Shown here one piece after another: positions 58,016 to 64,000 of a DNA stretch of 64,000 nucleotides. The notes under the pieces were generated by a model. It was not told the DNA's origin and searched no databases. It saw only the letters and a program-made list of their open reading frames with translations. Position numbers and translations under genes: made by a program. Source of the DNA: a virus; IMG/VR virus record IMGVR_UViG_3300034101_003860, positions 4,041 to 68,040 of that record; one strand, 5' to 3'. Every line of letters begins with the position of its first letter. Position 1 is the stretch's first letter.

Positions 58016-58423
58016 ATGAACGACACGATTCTTTTTGGTTTGATTTTTGCTGGTGTGGCCGCTGCTATTTGTGCGTTTTCGTGGTTTCATGTTTATCGTG
58101 GAGTGCATGATAGTCTTACGAATGCTAAGGTTGGTCAGGTTTATAACTTTAAGTATTTGCAGCCTGTGACTGATGTGCCTGAGCGTTTTATGGCTAGGGT
58201 GGTTGGTGTTCAAACTTTTACTGAGGATTATCTTAGTCGTTTGAATAGTAAGAGTCGTTATCGTCGGAATGATCCTGAGTTTCAGCGTAGTAAGCATCTT
58301 GTGACCGCTCAAACTTTTGATGGTAAGATTAGGAACTTTTATGCTGAGCGAACCACGGATGTTCGTCGCCCCCTGTTGGGAGGGGTACTCTTTAAGAGTG
58401 GAATGGCGAGCCTCTTCTTTTAG
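58016..58423 (+). CDS. membrane-anchored protein with WYL/SH3-like domain
   Basis: N-terminal TM helix; YNFKYLQP...HLVTAQTFDGKIRNFYAERT. Confidence 0.6.
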   Translation: MNDTILFGLIFAGVAAAICAFSWFHVYRGVHDSLTNAKVGQVYNFKYLQPVTDVPERFMARVVGVQTFTEDYLSRLNSKSRYRRNDPEFQRSKHLVTAQTFDGKIRNFYAERTTDVRRPLLGGVLFKSGMASLFF

Positions 58424-58435
58424 GAGGTTCCTCGT

Positions 58436-58479
58436 CTGCCAAAGTGGCAGGCGGGCCGCGAAAACTGCCAAAATGGCAA
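58436..58479. repeat. paired palindrome unit 6
   Basis: Copies at 58436 and 58465. Confidence 0.9.
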
Positions 58480-58526
58480 GATATTTTCTCACTTGACAAC
58501 CTTCTAACAGCCGATACAATAAGCGT

Positions 58527-58673
58527 ATGATTACATCAAACTGCTACTCTTGGAAAGTTTTTCGTTTTAGCCATACATTTGTTGGTTATGTTATGGCTAG
58601 TTCTCAATATGAAGCCAATATTCTTGCAAAAGAAAAGTATGGCGATTTCGTTTGGATTGAACGAGTTCGCTAG
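58527..58673 (+). CDS. small hypothetical protein (48 aa), probably leaderless
   Basis: ATG 7 nt after the -10 box TACAAT; no SD. Confidence 0.55.
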   Translation: MITSNCYSWKVFRFSHTFVGYVMASSQYEANILAKEKYGDFVWIERVR

Positions 58674-58676
58674 TCT

Positions 58677-58748
58677 GGCCCCGTAGTATAGTGGTTAGTA
58701 CACTGGGCTTTCATCCCAGAGACTGGAGTTCGATTCTCCACGGGGCTA
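58677..58748 (+). tRNA. tRNA-Glu (TTC)
   Basis: Cloverleaf: GGCCCCG/CGGGGCT, CTGGG-CTTTCAT-CCCAG, TGGAG-TTCGATT-CTCCA; no encoded CCA. Confidence 0.92.
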
Positions 58749-58750
58749 CT

Positions 58751-58880
58751 AGAGAGAACAGGAATCGTAAACCCGCCACTCTCAAAATCCAATGAGTCCA
58801 ACCAAAGGATTTGTGGCTATGGCTACCCTGTCTCTTCTAATCCTTCGGATTTGGTTAGCGTGGTGTAGTCAGCGAGAAGC
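58751..58880 (+). ncRNA. candidate small structured RNA after tRNA-Glu
   Basis: GAGAACAGG/CCTGTCTC, GCCAC/GTGGC, AAATCC/GGATTT nested stems; no ORF. Confidence 0.45.
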
Positions 58881-58942
58881 ACAAAAAATATTTTTTCAAG
58901 AAACCCTCTTGACAAGCCGATAATAGATAGTACAATGATTGA

Positions 58943-59383
58943 AGAACAAGTGAAAACTTGTTGGTTATGTCGGGCCGAGTAGCCGGTAAAAACGGTAGTT
59001 GATGTCCTAGGAAACGTCTTCTACAATCGGTCCTAACAATACAAACATCCGTGGGTCAAGCCAGACTAGATTGGGATAACCACTTCGATTATAGATATAC
59101 ATACCGTGTTGATCACTGGTCAAAAACTGTATATCGTTGCCTGTTGGGGTTATACAACGGGCTAGAAGTCCAATCTATGAGGGATAGCGTCCTCACCACG
59201 GCCAATACAACCAGTAACCGTTCCCAAGAGCCAGACCAGAGCGGGTCTTATGTGCTAGCAATGCCCGCTTTGCAGGGAGGATTTCCGTGGACGGTTTCCA
59301 CCAGTTTTTACCTTGCTCCAAGGGTTCATAATATCGGAGTATTGGTGGGTTATAGAATCGGGGCGTAAACGATTCGCTGGTTG
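58943..59383 (+). ncRNA. candidate large structured ncRNA (~440 nt)
   Basis: Own promoter (58909-58936), no credible ORF, more than 12 complementary segments in nested multi-branch arrangement. Confidence 0.75.
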
Positions 59384-59423
59384 ACAAAATAAAAACACAG
59401 TGTAGAATACGAGAGTAAGACAT

Positions 59424-59510
59424 GGCGGGCGTAGCGTAATGGTAGCGTGTGTAAAATCGGTGGCAGAGATCTACTGTCTACACGAAATGGTTCGATTCCA
59501 TTCCCCGTCC
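59424..59510 (+). ncRNA. tRNA-like element with enlarged anticodon arm
   Basis: D arm (GCGT-AATGGTA-GCGT), T arm AATGG-TTCGATT-CCATT, GGCGGG/CCCGTC acceptor; 25-nt insert in place of the anticodon loop. Confidence 0.65.
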
Positions 59511-59513
59511 CTA

Positions 59514-59670
59514 GTCACCAACGAAACTCCGATTCATTCGGTGTGCTACCCTCCATAATGAGATCATAGCCTATATTGGTGACACAATACAACTCTGCTG
59601 ATAGTTTCCTTAGAAATAAGGTTGAATAAATATAGTGCCGAGTGCTTATTCGTAAAACTATCAGTGTGTC
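59514..59670 (+). ncRNA. candidate structured RNA(s) after tRNA-like element
   Basis: GTCACCAA/TTGGTGAC stem; CTGATAGTTT/AAACTATCAG stem enclosing CCTTA-GAAA-TAAGG and GAATAA/TTATTC. Confidence 0.5.
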
Positions 59671-59713
59671 GGCCAAAATGACAGGCCGAGCGGCCGATCT
59701 GCCAAAATGACAG
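59670..59713. repeat. paired palindrome unit 7
   Basis: Variant copies (..AAATGACAG) at 59670 and 59699. Confidence 0.9.
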
Positions 59714-59784
59714 ATATTTTTTTGTGGACTTTGCGTATTGACAAGCCGATAATAGACTATAGAATACGAGCATAGGAGAGAAAC

Positions 59785-59958
59785 ATGAATCACGACCCAT
59801 ATTGGACATTCCCACAGTTTCCTGAGAATAATACTTGGGAGATTCGCTATTTGTGTTGGCGAGCGTGTGGCGAAACCAGAGAACACAGCACACGACTCGC
59901 TAATGAGGGACGTATGCCTGCTAACTGGTGGATGCTTTACAGAGATGATGGAAGGTAA
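59785..59958 (+). CDS. small hypothetical protein (57 aa, not in ORF track)
   Basis: AGGAG RBS; MNHDPYWTFPQFPENN... Confidence 0.65.
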   Translation: MNHDPYWTFPQFPENNTWEIRYLCWRACGETREHSTRLANEGRMPANWWMLYRDDGR

Positions 59959-59959
59959 A

Positions 59960-60160
59960 ATGAGAATAAGTAAAAAACAAATATCAGATGCTCTTAGTAT
60001 TGATAGTGACGATCTATCGTCAAAGGATATGGGTATTGCATTATTGAACATTGAGAGTATACTTGATAGCGTTGCTGAAAACCTTGATGATGATTTTGAA
60101 TCTGCGGCTTTGGGCGATGCTTCTAATCTAATACAAATGATAAGAGAGGCATTGACTTGA
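59960..60160 (+). CDS. small acidic helical protein
   Basis: ATG just after upstream stop (MRISKKQISDAL). Confidence 0.6.
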   Translation: MRISKKQISDALSIDSDDLSSKDMGIALLNIESILDSVAENLDDDFESAALGDASNLIQMIREALT

Positions 60161-60187
60161 CGATAAAGAATGGTATAATGGTGACAA

Positions 60188-60304
60188 ATGAGAATCTTCC
60201 GTAAAATAATTCTGTTCTTGCCGTCTTTGACCATGTTCTTTCTGGCATACTTTAGTTTTATTTGTGATAACGAGGCTACACACTTTAGTTTTAGGTGGAA
60301 ATAA
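60188..60304 (+). CDS. small hydrophobic peptide (38 aa)
   Basis: ATG shortly after TATAAT; TAATG coupling to next ORF. Confidence 0.4.
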   Translation: MRIFRKIILFLPSLTMFFLAYFSFICDNEATHFSFRWK

Positions 60305-60396
60305 TGACCGTTAATGAGTTTATTGACGAGTTTCTTGATCCAAAGTTTCAAGAAATATTGAAGATTGTGGAACAGGTTTTGGAGGAAAATAAATGA
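60304..60396 (+). CDS. small peptide (30 aa)
   Basis: Coupled on both sides (TAATG, ATGA). Confidence 0.45.
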   Translation: MTVNEFIDEFLDPKFQEILKIVEQVLEENK

Positions 60397-60617
60397 ACTG
60401 GCATTATGATAATCCTATTAGGGACCGTAAGTATCTTTGTTGTGTAAAGGGATACTCTGAACCTATTGATCTTCTCTGGAATAAAGAGCAGGGAGGGTGG
60501 GGTGATTGGTGGCATGGTGAATATGACGATGGTTTGGCAGAATGGGATCAGTTTGACAATGATCTAGTGGTATGCTATATTGGTTTTGATGAGATTCCTA
60601 TGCCGGAGGGTTGGTAA
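60393..60617 (+). CDS. Trp-rich small protein (DUF551-like)
   Basis: GGAGG RBS; MNW...P...YLC...W...VVCY..IPMP. Confidence 0.65.
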   Translation: MNWHYDNPIRDRKYLCCVKGYSEPIDLLWNKEQGGWGDWWHGEYDDGLAEWDQFDNDLVVCYIGFDEIPMPEGW

Positions 60618-60871
60618 TGGAATGGCTTAGTTTTTTTGGTTATCGTCGCCCTATTAATGGGCAAAAGGTTTATTACTTTGGGCCAGATATTGGGGTATGG
60701 CGGGGAAGATATGAGATTCATAGAGATGATCCTGTGAGTGAACATATTCTTATTTGTGAAGAAAGTCCCGGTCTTGTGGATCGTATGGATGCTCCGTGGT
60801 GGATGCCGTATGAGGGACAACCAAAACCAAAACGACCAACTACCGATTATCCAGAGGATTACCCGCAATGA
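60617..60871 (+). CDS. Trp-rich small protein (DUF551-like)
   Basis: MEWLSF..RRPINGQKV...WWMP..P. Confidence 0.65.
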   Translation: MEWLSFFGYRRPINGQKVYYFGPDIGVWRGRYEIHRDDPVSEHILICEESPGLVDRMDAPWWMPYEGQPKPKRPTTDYPEDYPQ

Positions 60872-61026
60872 TTACTATTTCAACCGATGAGTTTCGTCGT
60901 CTTATCGGCCATATTCAGGAGTACCTTGACAATCCTAATCTACCTAATACAATGGCGAAGATTGCTATCGACACCCTAAAGATGTACGATATTGAAGCCT
61001 ACGAGGAAAATGCAAAAAATGAATGA
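60868..61026 (+). CDS. small hypothetical protein (52 aa)
   Basis: GAGG RBS, ATGA overlap. Confidence 0.55.
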   Translation: MITISTDEFRRLIGHIQEYLDNPNLPNTMAKIAIDTLKMYDIEAYEENAKNE

Positions 61027-61192
61027 AGATCGTGAAAAGGCTATGGTTACTATCATCAACTTTTTTAACTCTCGCATGGGTGCGATGAGCAAGAATAATG
61101 TAGATAAGGCTAAAGAGTTGATCTCTACTCATGAGATTGCGGCTTCTGAACTGGTGGATAAATACGTGAGGCTTGTCTATGAAAACTCTTAG
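61019..61192 (+). CDS. small hypothetical protein
   Basis: MNEDREKAMVTIINFF; overlapping operon. Confidence 0.6.
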   Translation: MNEDREKAMVTIINFFNSRMGAMSKNNVDKAKELISTHEIAASELVDKYVRLVYENS

Positions 61193-61304
61193 TGATATTT
61201 GTCCGTGTGGGGCGTGTGATGTTCTGGTGTGGAAGTATGATGATTATGGATTAATCTGGAACTTCTGCCAGCAATGCCATTGGTGGTATATCGACAACGA
61301 TTAA
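61179..61304 (+). CDS. small Zn-ribbon protein (41 aa)
   Basis: GAGG RBS; CPCGAC...CQQC. Confidence 0.5.
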   Translation: MKTLSDICPCGACDVLVWKYDDYGLIWNFCQQCHWWYIDND

Positions 61305-61348
61305 CTGCCATAATGGCGGTGGTCGCGGCCGAACTGCCAAAATGGCAG
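61305..61348. repeat. paired palindrome unit 8
   Basis: Copies at 61305 and 61334. Confidence 0.9.
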
Positions 61349-61400
61349 AATATTTTTCTTATAGAACGGTATTGACAGTGCCGATACTAATGGTATACTT

Positions 61401-61535
61401 AGGGAAACAATGGGCGGGGACAACCACAATGATATCAAAGAAGGTTGTCTGAAATGTCCGTCGAGTATGGCCCAAGCCGACATTGTTTTTCCTAATCCTC
61501 CGGATTTGGCTGGGGTGGCTGTAGTCAGCGAAAGT
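61401..61535 (+). ncRNA. candidate small structured RNA
   Basis: Own promoter (61372-61399); AAACAATG/CATTGTTT closing stem, GACAACC/GGTTGTC inner stem; no ORF. Confidence 0.55.
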
Positions 61536-61591
61536 TTAAAGATCTTGACAAGAGTTGGTCGATAGAGTATACTCTAGTTATAGGAGAAAAA

Positions 61592-61816
61592 ATGGATATG
61601 AGCGTTATAGCAAGATTTGAGGCTCTGGACAGACTTAGTGAATCTCTTACAAAGCAACAGATTGAAGATTTACAGATAGTTATTAAAAACACCAAAGAAG
61701 AACTAGAGATTTGTGAAAACTGTGGAGATAGTTGGGTTGGAAATACAGAAAAAACTCTAGAGATGCTTGCTAACAGTTTAAACTTTCAACCAGACTATCC
61801 TGAATACGACTATTGA
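61592..61816 (+). CDS. hypothetical protein
   Basis: AGGAG RBS, own promoter. Confidence 0.7.
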   Translation: MDMSVIARFEALDRLSESLTKQQIEDLQIVIKNTKEELEICENCGDSWVGNTEKTLEMLANSLNFQPDYPEYDY

Positions 61817-61847
61817 CAACTGATAGCCGATAGAATATAGTATAAGC

Positions 61848-62273
61848 ATGAAACAGAAACCACTATACGGCGAAGTTCGTTTTCACCTTTCTAACGGTGA
61901 GCATTATATGCACTGGCAAGTTAAGGTTAAGCAGGGTGGAAAAACTGTTGATGTGTATTATTATGACCCCAAAGAATATCAGTTGGAAATGAGGGGTTGT
62001 AAGTTGTGGAACCGGCCGAATAAGGCTAAACAGGTATTTGAGGCTGGTGTGCATGATGTTAGTGGGTGGGTGCGGTGTGAAGAAGTTATGTTGAGGAAGG
62101 ATTTTCATCCCGCTCTACCTATTGACAATCTTGAGAAGTTGTTTTATAATCCACTTCGTGATCCACACTGGCGACGAGAAAGCGACAATAACGAGTTCGT
62201 TTGGGACGGTAGCGAGTATGCTACTCTTCTGACTAACGGCAAACAAGTTTACATTTTGGAAGAAAGGATTTAA
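61848..62273 (+). CDS. hypothetical phage protein, probably leaderless
   Basis: VRFHLSNGEHYMHWQVK; ATG directly after -10 box. Confidence 0.7.
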   Translation: MKQKPLYGEVRFHLSNGEHYMHWQVKVKQGGKTVDVYYYDPKEYQLEMRGCKLWNRPNKAKQVFEAGVHDVSGWVRCEEVMLRKDFHPALPIDNLEKLFYNPLRDPHWRRESDNNEFVWDGSEYATLLTNGKQVYILEERI

Positions 62274-62644
62274 TGATGATTAATCTGCAACTGAGCGTTC
62301 GTGAGGCTATGGAACTTGCTTTCTATGCTAGGGAGGACATTAGAGAGCGTATCACTCAGGCTTTTGAGGTGGCTTTGGGTGTGAACCAGCGTTGTACTGT
62401 TACGATCACTAGGGGTATGAGTTTGGATAACCGTATCCCGTGTATCAAGGCTATTCGCCAGTATACTGGTTGGGGTTTGAAGGAGAGCAAGGAGTGGACT
62501 GATGATCTGGTTGGTGGTTGGAAGGGCGATAGGTTCGTTCCTGCTACTCACCACACCAACAGCATCACTCTCAAGAATCCTGAGATGGCGGAAAATCTGC
62601 TGCGTGACCTGACCACTTTGGGTTGTGAGGGTTATCTCTCATAA
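62273..62644 (+). CDS. protein with ribosomal bL12 (L7/L12) C-terminal-like domain
   Basis: NRIPCIKAIRQYTGWGLKESKEWTD matches the bL12 K.VIK.VR..TGLGLKEAK motif. Confidence 0.75.
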   Translation: MMINLQLSVREAMELAFYAREDIRERITQAFEVALGVNQRCTVTITRGMSLDNRIPCIKAIRQYTGWGLKESKEWTDDLVGGWKGDRFVPATHHTNSITLKNPEMAENLLRDLTTLGCEGYLS

Positions 62645-62688
62645 CTGCCAAAGCGGCAGGCGCCGCGGCCGATCTGCCAAAATGACAC
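62645..62688. repeat. paired palindrome unit 9
   Basis: Copies at 62645 and 62674. Confidence 0.9.
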
Positions 62689-62872
62689 CCAAAAAATATT
62701 CACGAACGGCTGTTGACTTGCCGATACTCTATGGTAGAATGATAGCATCACACGACAAGACGCCAACCGATCACGACAACACAAAAGTTCGGATTGGCTC
62801 TTGACAAGTGATGATTGGGATGATAAGATACGTTTGTTCGGTTTGATTAACACTAACTTGGAGAGATTTACC

Positions 62873-63127
62873 ATGAAGAAGTTTTCGTTTGTTGTTGATA
62901 TTGTTGCTACTGATCTTGACCGTGAGGTTGTGGTTGATTCGATTGGTGATTGTCTGCGTGATGCTCTGCCGTCCGATGTTCATGCTAACGTCAAGGCCGG
63001 TGAGGTCAAGGCTTTTAGCGAGCAGGGTTATAAGGTTTGGCGGGCTAGGGTTACTGGCGTGACTGCCAAGGCTGCTGGCGATGCTCACAATAGCAAGGTC
63101 GAGCAGGAAGTCGAGGCTGTTGCCTGA
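62873..63127 (+). CDS. hypothetical protein
   Basis: GGAG RBS before MKKFSFVVDIV. Confidence 0.7.
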   Translation: MKKFSFVVDIVATDLDREVVVDSIGDCLRDALPSDVHANVKAGEVKAFSEQGYKVWRARVTGVTAKAAGDAHNSKVEQEVEAVA

Positions 63128-63150
63128 GCCTAGCATATCTACTATAATAT

Positions 63151-63191
63151 CCGATAGACCGCTAGTGGCGAACTGGCGGCTATCGGTTTTT
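63151..63191 (+). terminator. intrinsic terminator-like hairpin
   Basis: CCGATAG-A-CCGCTAGT-loop-ACTGGCGG-CTATCGG-TTTTT. Confidence 0.7.
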
Positions 63192-63193
63192 AT

Positions 63194-63265
63194 GGCCCCA
63201 TAGTTAAATGGATATAACAACTGCCTTCTAAGCAGTTATTGGAGGTTCGATTCCTCCTGGGGCTA
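63194..63265 (+). tRNA. tRNA-Arg (TCT)
   Basis: Cloverleaf: GGCCCCA/TGGGGCT, ACTGC-CTTCTAA-GCAGT, GGAGG-TTCGATT-CCTCC; no encoded CCA. Confidence 0.93.
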
Positions 63266-63270
63266 TTATC

Positions 63271-63314
63271 CTGCCAAAACGGCAGGCTCCGCGGCCGATC
63301 TGCCAAAATGGCAG
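63271..63314. repeat. paired palindrome unit 10
   Basis: Copies at 63271 and 63300. Confidence 0.95.
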
Positions 63315-63387
63315 CTATTTTTCTTCAAGTTTTTTTGCTTGACAAGCCGATATTCTATTGTAGAATCAGTAGCACAGGAGACATAAA

Positions 63388-64000
63388 ATGAAAACAGCAG
63401 ACGGTAACGATAAGTTGGGCAAGGGTTGCATTGTGGTTTCGCGTCCGGTTGGCGATACTTGTCCGTCCGATTGCGACTATCTCAATAATGGCTGCTATGC
63501 TGAGGCTACGGAAAATCAGTATAAAAATGCTCGTACTGCCGGGTTTGCTAATCTAGTCACGGAAAAGCATAAAATCCGTGCTATGATTCTTGACGCTAAG
63601 AAGCGTAAAAAGTCTATTCGCTGGCACGAACGTGGCGACTGGTTTCTCAATGGCGAACTTGACCTAGACTATGTTGCTAATGTAACGTGGGCGTGTGAGA
63701 GTATTCTTGCCGATGGTGATAGTCTGCCTGATATGTGGTTTTATACCCATATTTATGATAGTCGGCTTGTTGCACTGGAAAAGTATATGAACGTATATGC
63801 TAGTGTGCATGATGATAATGATATGGGCGAGGCTATGGCACAAGGCTTCAAACTGTTCGCATGGTGCGATAGCGATATGAAAATCGCCCCGAAGCGTCCA
63901 AAGAGTAAAGTCAAGGCGGAAGCATGGAGGAAAGCGTTGCCCAAACTTGTTGTGCTGAATGGTAGCAAGTTTGTAACGTGTCCGGAAATCCGTCGTGGTC
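63388..64000 (+). CDS. GP88-like Cys-motif protein (radical-SAM-related fold), runs off window
   Basis: AGGAG RBS; GNDKLG..TCPSDC......CYA, IRWHERGDWF, WFYT. Confidence 0.7.
   Translation, partial: MKTADGNDKLGKGCIVVSRPVGDTCPSDCDYLNNGCYAEATENQYKNARTAGFANLVTEKHKIRAMILDAKKRKKSIRWHERGDWFLNGELDLDYVANVTWACESILADGDSLPDMWFYTHIYDSRLVALEKYMNVYASVHDDNDMGEAMAQGFKLFAWCDSDMKIAPKRPKSKVKAEAWRKALPKLVVLNGSKFVTCPEIRRG

Larger units (their letters stand above)
52757..63366 (+). promoter_or_regulatory. array of about 20 strong sigma70-type early promoters
   Basis: TTGAC(A/T) at 52757, 53733, 53931, 54664, 55697, 56076, 56946, 57561, 57948, 58493, 58909, 59381, 59738, 60152, 61372, 61545, 61813, 62713, 62801, 63339, each followed after 16-17 nt by TANNNT. 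Confidence 0.9.

Noticed and set aside
58943-59383. tmRNA, RNase P RNA or group I intron
   Set aside because: No tRNA-like GGGG..CCA ends with T loop, no GAGGAAAGUCC P4 motif, no matching P7 R/S pair or interrupted host gene seen
59051-59423. ORFs 59051-59368 (+) and 59193-59423 (-)
   Set aside because: No SD, atypical composition; the region is better explained by RNA base-pairing
53369-59893. ORF-track proteins containing PFWQ, CHFG, LPKWQ or CQNG (e.g. 53369-53689, 53548-53736, 54472-54705, 55276-55671, 57192-57536, 59564-59893)
   Set aside because: These peptides are just translations of the palindromes; the ORFs cross promoters, lack SD sequences and oppose or overlap better genes
59515-60351. 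278-aa minus-strand ORF
   Set aside because: Runs antisense across promoters, a palindrome pair and several SD-led plus-strand genes
60926-60953. TTGACA-16-TACAAT inside a small ORF
   Set aside because: Consensus-like but lies within a coding region and lacks the upstream A/T tract and CCGATA; not counted among the 20 promoters
53585-63314. Repeats as a CRISPR array or integron attC sites
   Set aside because: Units are 0.6-1.6 kb apart with genes between them, only 15 bp long and paired; no cas or integrase gene and no attC R/L box structure
1-64000. Stop-codon reassignment
   Set aside because: Long genes are intact in the standard code, TAG/TGA/TAA all end genes, and no suppressor tRNA was seen
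1-64000. Specific host assignment
   Set aside because: Sequence only suggests a host with canonical sigma70, SD-led translation and probably RpoN; naming a taxon needs a search

Overview
A 64-kb segment of a large tailed dsDNA phage (siphovirus-like: tape measure and tail tube genes, no sheath gene seen), standard genetic code. It has three blocks. (1) 1-11,965 (+): the end of a DnaE-type DNA polymerase, SSB, a nuclease, a putative annealing protein and a sugar-modification cluster (GT4, nucleotidyltransferase-like, HtrL/YibB+GT2, GT60-like GlcNAc transferase, further GT, methyltransferase). (2) 11,955-52,175 (-): a morphogenesis operon running from a sigma-like factor, TerS?, HNH, ERCC4 nuclease, TerL, portal, protease/scaffold, cement, capsid, neck, tail tube and chaperones to a 4,189-aa tape measure and tail-tip proteins. 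It ends in a mucin-like Thr/Pro/Ser protein and carries a recurring GTGTAT upstream motif. (3) 52,560-64,000 (+): a visibly more GC-rich early/host-takeover region of small genes built as repeated cassettes. It holds about 20 near-consensus sigma70 promoters (mostly 16-bp spacer, often CCGATA inside), ten pairs of the palindrome CTGCCA-N3-TGGCAG at an invariant 29-bp pitch, six sigma54 (-24/-12) consensus sites on the opposite strand, two tRNAs, a tRNA-like element and a promoter-driven, ornately base-paired ~440-nt non-coding segment. Best candidates for new biology are the palindrome/sigma54/sigma70 cassette architecture, the structured RNA cluster, the enzyme-carrying tape measure, and a GT60-like enzyme cluster abutting mucin-like virion proteins. 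All product calls come from motif recognition by eye; no searches were run.
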